64,000 nt of DNA from Eledone cirrhosa (GCA_964016885.1 OZ024741.1:383656001-383720000); one strand, 5' to 3'. Counted from the stretch's first letter, positions 12,040 to 26,501 are shown. Notes: a model not told the origin generated them from the letters alone. A program made the numbers and translations.

Positions 12040-15000
12040 CTATAGTCTGATGTAGAGTGAAGGCCCATTCACACAGGCCATTCTCGCCACTTTCACCCAT
12101 CTTTCATAGAAACGGCTGGGGTGCAGCACCTCTCTCTCCATCCTGATCCTTCTTCCGAAATGATATCGGAAGAAACGAACCAGTTGTTGGCCAGAGAGAA
12201 AGGTGCCTGACCTCAGTCCTTTCAGACGCGTCCACCATACAACCTCTTTCGCCATGGCTATTACGCACAGAAACACCGCCTCTGCTTCATCTTTGAAGGG
12301 GGGAGGCGGCTTGATCATTACAATAGACTCGGTGGTCAACCGGATCGGTCCCACCCTTGACAGCAGTTGTTCGACATAGCCCCACAGATCGGCTACGCCC
12401 GAGCAGTGTACCAATGCGTGTGCAACGGTTTCCTCGTCGCACACGCATCTGGGACAGATCTTTTTGGCGGGGTCCCTACCCGGGCGCCCGTGTCTGTAGA
12501 GCCTTTCTCGAACGGGTAAAGCCCCTCGGTAGCACTGCCAGGCCAGGGACTTCTGGAAGTTGTCCATAGGTCCCGGGCTGAATGTCCTACCGAACAGGCT
12601 GGCCAGTTCGTCCTCCTCCATGTCTAGGGCTTCTCCGAGGGCGTCGTCGCACCTGCTGCGTACCAGCCCTCTATAGAATGTTGCGGTGGAGTCTCCACTG
12701 ATAACCGGATCCGCCTGCCAGAGGGCGGTGAGCGCCTGGGCACACTCAGTGTGCCAGGCGCCCAGTTTTCTCGGTTTTGCTTGACCCAGGATTGCAGCTC
12801 GGTGAGTGAGACGAGTCTGGGAAAGGTTCGTCTCACAAACGAGGCCCACACCGGTTGTCCGGTGAGGAATACGTAGAGGTGCCGTAGCCTTAATGCGTGT
12901 TTACGCATCATTAGCCACGGCATCCCCAGCCCTCCTTTCGAAGGGTGTTGACAGCAGATGGATCTCCTCACCATAGGAGCCCGCCTCTTCCAAAGGAATT
13001 GGAAGAGCGCGCGCTCCATCTTGGTGAGGGTTTCCCTTGGGCAGGGCACTACGGTCAGGCGGTAGTAGATGACGGACGCTATGTAGGTGTTCGCCACCTC
13101 CGCCCGACCTTTCAGGGATAGTTTGCAACTGGCCCACTTCTGGGTCAGTGCAAACACCCTGTTCGTAACCTCCGCCCAGTTTTTCTCCACCTGGAGATCC
13201 GGTCCGAACCAGACCCCGAGCAACTTCACCGGGCCCTCCGTCCAGCGTCCGACGACGCCATCGGAGGGCATCGGTCTGCCCCTCCACGTGCCGAGTTGCA
13301 AACCGATCGATTTGTCCCGGTTCAGCTTAGCCCCTGTGAACTTTTCGTACTCCTCCAGTAAGGTGCCGACCGCCTCGATTTCGGAGGCCGTCGACACCAT
13401 TACTGTCACGTCATCGGCGTAGGCCGACACCGCTTTCCGCAATCCCGGTTCCAAAGGGATGCCCTGCAACAACTCCAACTTCCGCAGTAGTGGCTCGAGA
13501 GTCAGCACATACAGAAGGGAGGAGAGAGGGCACCCTTGTCGGATGGACCGCGCGATTTTGAACGGCTCCGAGAGGTAGCCGTTCACCTTGACCCTAGAGC
13601 AGATGCGGCTGCTGTGCATAGCAGTGATCCAGCCCCTGAAAACGGGTCCGAAGCCTGCGGCCGCTAGCACCGCATCCAGGTAACCATGGTCGACCCTATC
13701 GAACGCCTTAGATTGATCCAAGTTGATCAGAGCCCCACCAAAGCCGAGTTCGTTCCCATCCCTCTCTATGATGTATCGCATGAGGTGGAGGTTGTCATGG
13801 ATGGACCTGGACGGGATAGCGCATGTCTGCGCATCTCCCACCAGGTTGCCCACGACAAGCGCCTACCTCTTTGCTAGCACCTTGGCCAAAATCTGTAACT
13901 CTGTATTTAGCAGTGTTATGGGCCTGAAGTTACTTATTTCGTCCCCCTTGTTCTCGTCCTTCCTCACTAGCGTGACTACGCCCTTTGTCACAGTACAGGG
14001 AATTCTCCCGTTCTGTTGCCAGTTGCAGTAGACCGCCTCGAGGAGATCGGGGAACAAGTCCGGCATAGCTAGATATAATTCGTAAGGAAGACCATCGAGA
14101 CCCGGGGATTTGCGTTTGCCGCATTGGCTCAGCACGTCCTCTATCTCAGCGGCCGAAATCGGCTCCTCGCAGGACTTCGCCTCCCTGTCCGAGAGGCGCG
14201 GCAGGCCGTCGAGGTATGGACCGAAGTCCACGTTCCCAACCGGCTCCCCGCCCCTCCCGAACAGTCGGGCAAAGTGCCTTTGAAAGGCCTCACACATCTG
14301 CTTAGGCTCAAGAATCGCCCGTCCATCCAGGTCTCGCAAAGACCGGATGGTGGATTTAGTTCCACTGTTGGCCTCTGTCACGCGGGCCCAGCTAACAGCT
14401 TTGGTCCCCTCGTTCCCTAGAGCACGTATTTTACTTCGGACAACGCGCCTTCGTGCTTCGCGTCGAAAAACTGGCTCAAAGTCGTTCTCGACGCTAGCAC
14501 TCTGGCCACGTCGCCGCTTCTAATTGCCTCTTCTACTCTATCTATTAGCTCCCTTTCCTTCCTATTCCTACCCGCAACTAGAACCTTTCTAAATTCTATC
14601 GAGACTACTCTAATCTCTCTCTTTAGAGATACCCACCACCTGCTGTTGACGATCGCTCCAGTCAACCGTTCCTTAACTGACGTACTAATCCGATTCCTGT
14701 AGGCTCTACTTGCCGGCAAGGACAAGTTGAGCTTCCAGTAACCGGGGCCCTGTCTATGAGTTCTGTCAAGGTTGACCATGCAGGTCACTAATTTGTGGTC
14801 TGAATAGCCAACCATGCGCATTTTTGGACAACTTAAAAAGTCCTTATCCTTAATTCTAACTAAGAACCTATCTAGGTACGACCTAGATGATCCGCTACGA
14901 TTTGCCCAAGTCCAGGTTGGCGCAGTCGGAAAATCTAGTCGATATCTATCGGCCAGGTCAAATCGACCGATTAACCCTTTGAGGCTATTACACCCCTCTC

Positions 15001-15475
15001 TATCGGGGCAGGCCCCTACGTAGTCCCAGCGTGCATCTAGGATACCATTCCAGTCCCCCACTAATAGCAAGGAGCGGGACGTCCCTAGAAAAGTCTCCAG
15101 ACGATGGAAGAAGTCCGGCCGCATTGACTCGAAAGGGCCGTAGGCGGCTACCAACCTAAACGCTCCGCCTTTACTACTGCCAAGGTCCAGAACCACTAGT
15201 CGACCCTCCGGGTCCAAATGTACCATCTGTGTTGCGAGACCCAGATGTTTTTGCAGCAGAACGACAACTCCACCCCCACCTCCGGGCTGATAGAGAGATG
15301 CGTGCATCTCAAAGTCATCAAAGGTGGGGGCCAGCTGTCGCACGTTGCTGATCCGGGCCTCGCAAATAACCATCACATCTATACGTTGTGACCTGAGGTC
15401 ATTTAAAAGCATTGCTTGCTTCCAAGTTGAGCCCAGGCCACGCGCATTTATACAGCCTACTCTTAGCATAGCCAT
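12040..15475 (-). pseudogene. Copy B ORF2 (EN-RT-CCHC); frameshifts near 14430 and 12780, stop near 13863
   Basis: INARGL, GDWN, YLDRFL, SDH; KSPGLDG, FRPITLLN, KAFDRV, QGCPLS, YADD, KLLGV; CPRC..HALVHC. Confidence 0.95.
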
Positions 15476-15499
15476 GTTGGTGGTGAAGAGAAAAGGCAC

Positions 15500-17294
15500 T
15501 TACCTCTCTGCGTCCCGGGTATCGGGCTGCACAATTTCCATTAGGGTGGGGGATGGGTTGTTGGGTGGGGTGGTGGTTTGTGGAAGTGTGGGGGCATCAG
15601 TGTGTTGTGTGGTTGGGGAGCTTGGAGTTGTGTGGGTGTTTGGGGAGGGGGTGGGATAGTTTTTTAGGAGGACGCGGTTAATGGGCCCGACGCAGGGGGG
15701 ACCCACGTCCTCTTTAAAATTGTTTTTTAAAGTTTTATAGGTGTCCTGTGGGGCCTTAATCATTTTGAGGTGGGGGAAATCCCCTACCTGGGTGAAGTTA
15801 GGCCCTTGTGTTTTTATTAGATTGTTGTTGTATACAATGTTTAACAGTTTTTTGTTTCTTGTATTTATGTATGTGTATGCATGTTTTTGTTTTTTGTGTG
15901 GTGTTTTTTGTTTGCTGTTGTTGTGAGCTCTTTTGTGTTGGTGTCAGTGTTATGTTTTGGGGAGGGTTTTTTTTCATTTGTGTGTCTGAGGTGTGTTTTC
16001 TTTTTTTTCTTTTGATTGTGTGGAAGTGCTCCTCCTCGTCTGACGACGAACTAGGGTCATCTTCCGCGTTGGAGGGGAGGGGTATATTTTCGGGTTGTGT
16101 TTGCGGTACGGGTGTTTTGGAAATTGTTTTTGTTTTTTGAGTGGAGGGGATGGGTTGGACATTGTTTTGTTTTGGTTTGAGCTGTGGTGGTTGTTTTTGT
16201 AGTGGTTGTTGTGGTGATTGTGTTGGTTGTGCAGTTGTTGGTGGTGTAGGCAGGATTGGGGTTTTCTTATTAAGTTGGGGACAGACAGCCCTCAGGTGAC
16301 CTCTGGTTCCGCAGAGGTAACACGAGGGCCGTCTACCCTCAACGGTAATGTTGATGAAGGTTAGATCATCCAGTATGACGCGTTCAGGGATCTGGGCGAT
16401 CCTTTCGGGCCTCATTTGAACTACAAGTTCGAGGCTCGTTCCACTGAACGGGTCACCCGATGCCTTTCCCATGGACACCAGCATGTCATCCTCCAGGTCC
16501 AGAAAACCTGTCAAAACCCACCATATGTCCATAATCGGCAGGATGGTGTGGATTTTTATTTTTTGTGTTCTTCTACCCATGTACGTAGGGTAGAAGGTGT
16601 ATGCGGTGGATGTGATTGGTTTGATGGACAGTTTCACTGCTGTGTCCCTGTCCTTCATGAGAATGGATAGACTCCCGTAGAGTCTATCCTTCTGAATGAA
16701 GGTGATGTCCTTCATGACGTCTTTTAAAACCAGCTCTATCTCGCTCTGTGATGGTTGAGCTGGTTTTTTACTTTTGTTCGAGATTGTCCTAAACATGACC
16801 GTGTTTAGGAGTCTCTGGCTTTTTAGTTCCGGGGGGGAATGGATTGTGAATGAACCATTTTCCCCGTACACTATATATTTTTTCGCATCCGCCAGTAGCT
16901 CCTTCGCTTTTGTTATATCTACTGGCAGATAGTCGAGGGTTTTCCTTGTCGTCTCGGCGAAGGAGAAATTTTGTTTGTTTGTGTTGTTGTTGTCGTTGGT
17001 GGTGTTGTTGTTATCATTGTTGTTGTTGTCACCGTTATTGGTCTTGTTGTTGTTGTTATTGTTATTGTTATTGGTGTTGTTTTCGTCCGTCGCATTGTTG
17101 TTGTTGTTGCTGTTGCTGCTGGTTCTTTGGGTTGTTGCTATGGCAACGTCAAGTTGTCGGTTAACAGGTGGAGAGAATTCTTCCTCTGGCTGACCTTTCT
17201 TCTTGACCTCTGCTACTGTGACAGTGGCAGGGGGAAGCTGTAAGTTCATCTTCCCCTTTCCTCCTTCGAATTTTGGTGAAGAAGCTTCGGCCAT
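15500..17294 (-). pseudogene. Copy B ORF1 nucleic-acid-binding protein (probably one frameshift near 15800-15900)
   Basis: 498-aa ORF with poly-Asn, CYLCGTRGHLRAVC knuckle, P/Q/T-rich linker and basic NLS-like patch; 15500-15763 matches copy A ORF 9658-10005. Confidence 0.9.
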
Positions 17295-17510
17295 TTAAAA
17301 AAATATTGACTTTTCAACAAGAAAAAACTTTTTTTTTGTTTAACTATTTCGCCTAAAGGCGTAGAATATTTTGAGAGACTGACCAGATCAAAGTTTGACC
17401 TGGCAGTCCCTCTACAAAATGGTACAAAAATTAAAGTTATCAGACAAGAATTTCTATAGAAATTTAAACAGAACTTACTCAGCAAGTTATACACGTGTGT
17501 CCATCCCAGA

Positions 17511-17660
<150 letters not shown>

Positions 17661-17716
17661 GTGATGCAAACGATAGATAGGTCGTAGGCTGATATCAGAC
17701 TAGAAGTTTAGGCAGA

Positions 17717-17769
<53 letters not shown>

Positions 17770-18149
17770 AGTTACAACAAACATATAATTTAGTAGATAG
17801 AAGCATTCTTCATAGGGTTATGCTTCGCTGATGAGAGGTAATAAGACGGAAAAATATTTTAAACTTTCACTTTGTCTACTAACAATGATCAGATTCTCTG
17901 ATGAAAATGAAATTTCCTGTGAAATTTATTCTTAATTATTTTCCTTTCCTTGAGAGATTCTAGCATTTGCCACCAGGGCTTTTATTCTCCAATAGGAGGG
18001 CACCAATTTGGGTGAAGGGGAAAGCATCACTGGTATAAAAAGCAACACTGGTATAAAAACAACTTATTACAAAATGTTTTAGATTCAGAAGACAGAATGG
18101 AATGTAAAATAAAAAAATACAAAACAAAAAACGGAAAAGGATGGGAAAA

Positions 18150-18425
18150 GCAAGGACTCTAGTGCTATGGAAGAATGGAGAGGGGGAAGAGGGGGATTGA
18201 GCTCTGGGCCTAGGACGCGGGGGTAATGGGGCTACGTCCGCGGACAGGATCGCAAAAGCATTACCGCGGACTATGGCCCACAAGACCCAGAGCAACAGCC
18301 ACCACACCTTGCGGGACTCCTTCCTCAGGTGGGCCGCCGACGTTCCGATCTTGCGGAGGAGCTCGGTAGTGCGGGGTCCAAGTACACCAGAGATCTCTAT
18401 GGTGACAGGTGTGAAGTGAAAGCAT
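18150..18425 (-). mobile_element. CRE-clade (restriction-like endonuclease) LINE 3' fragment
   Basis: Minus frame reads HFTPVTIEISGVLGPRTTELLRKIG...WAIVRGNAFAILSA, matching the CRE-type FxPxxxETxG..AIQRGNA C-terminus. Confidence 0.75.
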
Positions 18426-19092
18426 ACAGATTAACAGGAAGAAACAGAGAAAGAGGGGCGGGACGAAAATAAATAAAAGAAAGGAGAAAGACAGGAAGAG
18501 CAGGCTGGAAGAAAGTAAGCAATTAAGGAAGAATGAAAGCACGCAAGAAAGGGAAATGATGTAAAATTATATAATATATATATGGGAGTGTGTGTGGTGT
18601 GTGTGTTTGTATGCATGTATGTGTGTTTCTGTGTTTCTATATGTATGTGTGTAAGATATGTGGGAGAAGCGCGCTTGAGAGAGGGGGAGAGATGGAAAGA
18701 AAGACAAATTTTAAATGATAGATGATTGTCACTATGAATTACGAAACAAACACTTACTAGTAGAAGGAACGAATGAAACAAAGTGGACAGAAAGAGAGAG
18801 CAGATGACTGGGGGAGAAAAGAGCGCAATAGAAAGGGAACTGATAAGCAGAAAAATAGACAAAAACATTGATTGAAAGTGAGACATAATGGAGCAACAAT
18901 AAGTTTATTTGTCATTGCTGTTAGGCTCATATATCAAAGCAGTGTATATATGTGTGGTCGGTGAATATATATGTGCATGTGAGTGTGTGGGTGTGCGTGG
19001 GTTTGTATGTATGTATATATATTCTTGTATGCTTATATATTTTTATATATAGAGACTTACACACATATCTACACATAAATATGTGTATATGA

Positions 19093-19125
<33 letters not shown>

Positions 19126-19139
19126 AACAAACATAAATT

Positions 19140-19528
19140 ATCGAGATTCGCATTTCGGCCCACGAAATAACGAAAAACAACCTCCGAGATGTGAGGCAAG
19201 TGCTCAATGGTTCAGATGAACCAGAGCTATAACAAACGTTAAACGCCAAACACACTGAGACGATGGTTAAACAATCATTCGCATAGCCAAAAAAACGATC
19301 AAGTAATTCAGGTATTGAAAATTTACCCGGACCCCTGGAAGGTTGGTAAAATCCAGTATTTGGGTTTCTGCGGCTCCTAAATCAAGTACCGTCCGCTTAC
19401 ATAAATAATGTCAGGCATCTGGTAAGATGATTGAACAAGGAAGCCACTTTCTCAACAGGTTTTAGTTCAATGTTAATACAAGGACTGACTATTGCTGACT
19501 CCACGTGGGGATCGGCAAGGGACGCAGC

Positions 19529-19531
<3 letters not shown>
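19140..19531. repeat. Unclassified dispersed repeat, related to 37785-39500
   Basis: Shared blocks CGAGAT..GCAAG.GCTCAATGG, GGACC.CTGGAA, CCTAAATCAA, GAACAAGG..GCCA.TT..TCAACAGGT. Confidence 0.6.
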
Positions 19532-19606
<75 letters not shown>

Positions 19607-19709
19607 AGAGTCAGGATCCCGACGGCTGAGCCCCGTCCGTTTCGACAGCTAGATCTGAACTAGTACTCTAGTGCGTTATGGACCACCTGCTTCCTTACCA
19701 CACTTTCTT

Positions 19710-19787
<78 letters not shown>

Positions 19788-19832
19788 CAAGAAAGAAGAG
19801 TGACATGGTTTGCTATACAATAAGGGCTTTAT

Positions 19833-19951
19833 TCACATTGCTGACAATTGTTTCTCTGAACTGGTAGGTCTAGAGATCGCTTCCTGTCTGTTTTTGCGTC
19901 AATCGATCACCAATACTTTGTTATGACCAGTCAATTCATCAGAGCATGCGA
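19833..19951 (-). ncRNA. Type I hammerhead ribozyme with enlarged stem II
   Basis: UGCU-CUGAUGA-[UGACUGGU...ACCAGUUCA, ~80 nt]-GAAAC-AAUU-GUC-AGCA; followed by AATAAA and (TA)n. Confidence 0.75.
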
Positions 19952-20486
19952 GAATGAAGGAAATACACAGGCATGGCTTCTATATATAGTAGTGGCATTA
20001 AATCAGAACAATAATAACAATACTAACAATACTAACAATACTAGAATAAATTAGCTAGACCGTAAATAGTTAAAATAATCACATCAATCGAAGTAAGACA
20101 TAGAGTATACTGATGACTTTAGCATGTAAAACGAGCTGATACGAAGCAGATGTATGAAATTGACATGTAAAAGCTGTCATGGGGTGTATTATATATAGTG
20201 TAGAGATAACCTGGGGCTTCAAACAATGGACCATTTACTTTACTGTAGGTTTGCTGACCGCAAGAATTATTTATTATCTGACAGATAAAATATTTTCATT
20301 GTAGTGAGGATGGTAATTTTTATGTGGTGTAAAGTGGATTCATTATTTAAGTGGTCTACATTAGATGAAGTTCGAATCATGGGGTTGTTTAGCTTTCACA
20401 GCATCAATAAGAAATCATGCTTCTTACATCATGATTAATTATACGGAATGACCAGTTCCGTCAAGTGGTAAACCACTAAACTTCAA

Positions 20487-20562
<76 letters not shown>

Positions 20563-20607
20563 TATAGGCGGGACTGGTTAACTTCCTTCAAAGTTTTATT
20601 TTCGCAA

Positions 20608-20665
20608 ACACTATATACATTTCAGTAGCCAGGTTACGTAGAATCCTGGTGACATCATCAGGTGT
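20608..20665 (-). ncRNA. Type I hammerhead ribozyme
   Basis: ACAC-CUGAUGA-[CCAGG..CCUGG]-GAAAU-GUAU-AUA-GUGU. Confidence 0.65.
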
Positions 20666-21837
20666 GTATTTTATAATAGTTATATAGTAAAGGAATAATG
20701 GTAAACACAGTCATAGAGTCTAAAATGGGAGAAAGCAGTATATATATATACATATATATATATAAATGAAAAGTATAGAAATTGTTGTAGCAAGAAGCCA
20801 ACAGTATTCCATAATATATAAGTGACTCTATAGCGTTAAAATGGAAAAATAGTTAACGTAAGATGTGGGAAAATAATTCAAACTCAATTCAAAAAGAATC
20901 AGGATATAGATTCATCCACAGAATTTGGTGAAATCCAGGGAAAAATCAATACAGCCTTAACTCAGAATAAAATAAAGTTTAAAATACTCATCCTTCAATT
21001 TGGAAAAACTACAATGCTCGGTATAGTCTTAAAGACTATTTCACGAAACTTTACTTTCAGTGGGGATGGTTTCAGTTGGAATCGATATATATATATACGG
21101 GGTTTACGAAAATCATCCATATTAATTCATCGATCTCTTGAACAAAACTGCTTGTGGTTGATACACACATCCGCACACAAATAAAAAACTATATTTCTCT
21201 TTTCTATCCTGCCACCACCATCAACGCCGCCACCACTATCGACACAAACACTCAATTTATTTCAATAGAATGTCTGAATTTTGACACCTTAGCACATCAG
21301 CCATACTCACTGAACCCGAACGATTTCTCCCCCTCCCATTTTTTTACCATTATCGTTTCTTTGGCACAAAACTCTCTATGACAAACCAACTGGTGATATG
21401 GTCAATCATGTGAAAATGGCAATAACGAACATTCAAAGACGAACTAACGCGAAATTTGATGTACTTATTCACGTGACAGTTATCAACCAATAAAATTACA
21501 CTTATAAAAAACAACAATTTGGGCCACATGTTTAAAGGTAAATAGAATAAGAACTAGCGCGAGGTTTATTGTACTTATTCACGTGACAGTCATCAACCAA
21601 CCAAATTATTTTTTAAAAACATCAATTCGAGCCACTCTTTCCACATAAAACAGAAATAACTTTCAAACACCAACCAGATGCGAGAAAAACCACAAGCCCT
21701 TCATCTCAATTCTAATCTAGAAAAGCATAAGAACTGTGAAACCGGTAAAGGAAACAAATTCTTAAAAAGACATCAGTTGCATTTTCTATTTCTTTCCCTT
21801 ATATATATACATATACATATATACATACACACACATG

Positions 21838-21960
<123 letters not shown>

Positions 21961-22042
21961 GGTAAACAGAAACAACATCACAATCGATACAGTATATGGA
22001 AGGGATATATTAGGTTAACGCTTGATATAGCAGGAAGAGGGG

Positions 22043-22076
22043 CTTAATGTTTCGGACGCTAGTCCTTCATCAGAAG
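22043..22076 (-). ncRNA. Minimal hammerhead motif (degenerate stem III)
   Basis: CUU-CUGAUGA-A-GGAC-UAGC-GUCC-GAAAC-AUU-AAG. Confidence 0.65.
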
Positions 22077-22155
22077 AAAGACTGAGAAATAAGATAGATT
22101 GACGGGACGGGTGGATTGGAATTGGATAAAATGTCTTTAGACAAAAGTAACAGGT

Positions 22156-22207
22156 CCATTACTGAGAACAATTGTTTCACTTGACGCAGATCCTCAGCTC
22201 GGATTGG
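22156..22207 (-). ncRNA. Minimal hammerhead motif, PLE-A terminus
   Basis: GAG-CUGAGGA-...-GAAAC-AAUU-GUU-CUC; same family at 39590-39638(-), 54214-54263(-), 54314-54363(+). Confidence 0.7.
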
Positions 22208-24380
22208 TAATGTTTATACGGAGCAGAAAAATGAGAAACAACCGTATGAACGTGCATGCGCAGAAATGGTCACTTCACCCAAGCGATGCAAAGCCACGGG
22301 CGAAAGGTGTAAGGGAGTTAACTGCGGTGTAACAGTTGATTAGAATATTAGAATATTGCTGTTATTCAATGCGGAGCTTTGTAGTTATGCAAGAGGTGTT
22401 TCCAGACGTGTGGACAACGTGAGAAGATTTCATATCTTGAATTTAGGCAATCACTATTGTGTAATCTCCTTAGAATATTTATCCTTTCTTCAATACACAG
22501 ACCACAAGACGGATTACCCCTTGCGTATGGCTTGGACTTAGTGATAGCTTTCCATTGAATGGCGTAGTCTATACCTTAGTCTTTGAGGGACCATACGTGG
22601 TTAGCGAGCTTCGTGAATGATCGTTTGTCCGGGTACCTAAAGTTCGACTGGTGGTTCAGGAAGCGTTCCTTAAACCGACCCTCCGCCATACCCACATAGG
22701 ATTTGACCTCCTGCGGTTTATTTGTTCGATTGGAAGTGACCACAGCTTCATAAACTACAGCGGGTGTGTTGCATTGATGTTGAAGGGGACAAGCTTCAGG
22801 CTTTCGGCAAGAGCATCCTGGTGGGGTGGTACTCTTAGGGCTGTTGGTGATATGGGCCTTCATATTTGTAGCGGAGGAGTACCCTAGTTTTACTCTGTGT
22901 CTGTTAAAGATGGAGCGGTGTTTACAACCTATGGGAAAGTGTCTATCTAAGAGGGCTAAACAATTTTGTTTTCCTACATTAGTTTTAACGTTGAGTGAGA
23001 AGGGAAGAGAGAACCAGATAGTTTGTCTATTGGTACAATTTCTTTTCTTATGGCTGTTGGTGTTAGCAGGGTAGTAAATAATTGGTTGCGAGAAGCCGCT
23101 GTTAGCTAACGCCGTGTTGTAGTAGATAGCTTTTTAGGAGAGGTTAGAGATTGTAGTACTAATATTATTTACGAAGTTTCTAAAAACAGTAGGAGAGTGG
23201 CATGAGTCCTTGTGTATGTAATTAAGTTTTTCGTTTACTTTATGGAAGGGTCTGAAGGTATGTGTGCGAAGGTCTTAATTACTGTCTAAGTAATCTACGC
23301 TAGAGAGGTTGGTAGCTATCGTTATCCTAAATCCTAAATCATAAAAAGTAAAAATTAAATATTTTCTAAACCGGTCGAGGTCGTGACGTTTATGACTCGA
23401 TGGGGTCAGACTATCGTCATGGTGTATTCCCGTGTGGAAGTCCGGGAATCTAACACGTAATATATCTAAAATAAATAAGCCAACCAAGTCGCATACGTCA
23501 GCACTGTCGAACGATCCCATGGAGACGTCGAATAGCTCTGAAGTGGTTGACTTCTTTGTCCAGGCTACTCCGTTGTTGAAGAGGAGGGTTTTCTGGCAGT
23601 GTCTAAATGATGATCTCCCTGTCTAAAACATGGACGGTAGTATAAGTGGTAGCAAAGTCCAACGCTTTGTTTAACAGGGTCTCTGAGATTGATGGGTAAA
23701 ATTCTACAGTGTCGAATTGCGTGAACTTCGCTGTTTTGGAGTTGAAGGAGTTAAACCACTGAATGACGGAGTCGTTGTTCTCCCACTGGGACAGGTTGGA
23801 CTTTGTCCTAATGGTCTTATCTATGTTCCTAAGTATAGCCTTACTGAGTAGTCCCATTTCTGTGCGTGCTGGGTTTAGTAGTCTACACGTGGGATTAGAA
23901 GCAAAGTCTACCTTGTGATCCTTCAGGGTGAGAAATGTATCACGCTTAGCTAAGCATTGTAGTTACTTATCTACCTTAAGGGCGGCAGCATGGTCTTTGG
24001 CTTCTGTATTGATGTCGTGGTAGGCCGTAGGGTTAGCCTTCTTATATTTAGAAGTTATGGCGTTACGTGCCAAGTGGCTGTAAGTAGTGTTGTCCACTTC
24101 GTAAATGTTATTGTTTTTGTCAGAAAGAACGAAAGTGTTATTGGAAGACCTAAATTTTTTAATATCATTTCTAAGTTTAGTTAGAAAGGTGCTAGAGTGT
24201 TTGCGAAAGGAAATGTTAGCGACTAAGTCAAGAAGGTCCGCTTCGAAAGGAGTGAGTTCAGTTACATTAGAAGGGTAGGCTCTCGATTTCAGGTTGAAGG
24301 TGTTATTGGTGCCTGTAAGTTTACCGTCAAAAGCCAAACTTCCACGTGATGAAAAGAATTTGCTGACCGGAGCTGGAGAC

Positions 24381-24440
<60 letters not shown>

Positions 24441-25233
24441 CAAGGATTACAGTTACGAAAGGTGTTAGGTTCACGCTTGAGAGTGGGGGAGGTACATACA
24501 TAATATTCAACATTTCTCTAAGACTAAAAGGATCGTAATAACACTGACCGTCTAACACACACGCGCACAGACACGCGTACCCACGAACACATGCACGCAC
24601 ACGCAGACATACACAAAAACACGCACGTGCTCACACACATATAGACACACGGATGCGTGTATTAAATTAAATTTCTTCCTTAAAGCTAAAAATAGACATT
24701 CCTCTTCAATTGTGTGCAATAACAGCATGACAGCTGAAGTCGAGATTTGAAAGACCTATTTTAATCCAAATTGTATTTGAATTCTAAACAGAGCATGATG
24801 AAACAAAATCTGTTAAAATTCCATCTCCATCACCGTTAGTCATTCGTATATTTCTCAAATCTGAAAATTTGAGTAATAATATCTCTACTGATGTTAAACA
24901 TTTCCTACTGATAACCTCGACTTTCCCGGGGAGTTTCACTTAAACACGTTTTGAATGAAACAACCTCTATTCTTCAACATCTGTCATTCATAAATAAATA
25001 ATCCCCAGCTGAGATTTAACATATGGGCCTTTCACGCAAAGTTTCAACTATTCCTTGTACAAATATTATGTACATGAGACAATTTAAGCAATATTTAAAC
25101 CGTTTCTTGTTTAGATTTTCAAATGGGATTCTCTTATACCTCGTAGGATCTGGTGCGTTTATTTGTATATAACTGCAGTAGATATATAAATGAATACACA
25201 TATACTTCTAAATTTGCAAACAGAGACACATTA

Positions 25234-25295
<62 letters not shown>

Positions 25296-26422
25296 AGATA
25301 CATATTAAACAGTTTAAATAATTATGCTAGCATGCAGACGCATGCATGCATATTGATATCTGTTTTGAAGACGATTTCTTACGCGGATCAACAAAATACA
25401 GTTTATACTGGTACATCTAACCTTAAAACCAGGTTGTTTTGAAACATTATTCTTGAAAACTCCTGGCAACAATTCTTAGCAGTCTCGCTTCTTTCTCATT
25501 TTGATAATGTTTTCACTTGCTTCTAGAATTATGTGTGTTGGAATATATAATGTTTTCCTTTTTTAAACTTGAACATGCGCCAACGTGTTATCCTTGAATA
25601 TGCAGAACCATCTTACCTCGAGTCTTCCTAAGCAAACCTGGTTTGACTAGACACGAATAAAGTCATATCAGTAGACCTCAAATAGATTATAATCTGAAAA
25701 GGTGTCAGGAATGTGGCAAGGAATGTGCTAGCATGGGAGGGTTTAAAAGACACGAGAACTCACAGCCAGAACAAAGGAATGGAAAGTCTCGGAGGAGGCT
25801 ACAATTACCAGAGGGCGCAAGTCTTTGGCTGGTTTAAAGATCCACATTCGTGCCTCACATTGTTGAGCATTTTATCGGGCGATGGCAATTCTCGAACACG
25901 ATTTTGTAGCCATCATGTATATATATGTATGTATGCATGTATTTATGTATTATGTATTATGTATTATGTATGTATGTACGTATGTATGTATGTATGTATG
26001 TATGTATGTATGTATGTATGTATATGTGTTACCGAGACAGTCGCACAGACTGAGAAGCGACTAAATCATAGTTTTGAAGGAATATATAAACAAACTGCAC
26101 ATCATGTACTGAGTGGTATTTGCGTCTTTATTAACAAACTCTAGCATTTGATTTTACACACGCACTCATCTGTGTATGCGTGTGTGTATCTCTGAGTATG
26201 TGTGTTTGGGGAGTTCATAACAGCGCTACGAACCATGGTATGTTTCACCCTCAGCACTTAATAATTTCAGAAGTTTCTATCAAGATAATGTGCATCCGTT
26301 AAACTGTCCTCTTTATCTGACTGGACATAGAAGATAAAACGCATACAATTGATCCTGACATTATCGCACTCTATCAGAAATAGCATTTTGACGTGGTCAG
26401 TTATCTGTAATTAACCATTAGC

Positions 26423-26501
<79 letters not shown>

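Noticed and set aside
25616-25692. Minus-strand exon-like segment (TTTTCAG...GAG|GTAAGA)
   Set aside because: Stops in all three frames and no partner exons; could be non-coding but cannot be supported without RNA data.
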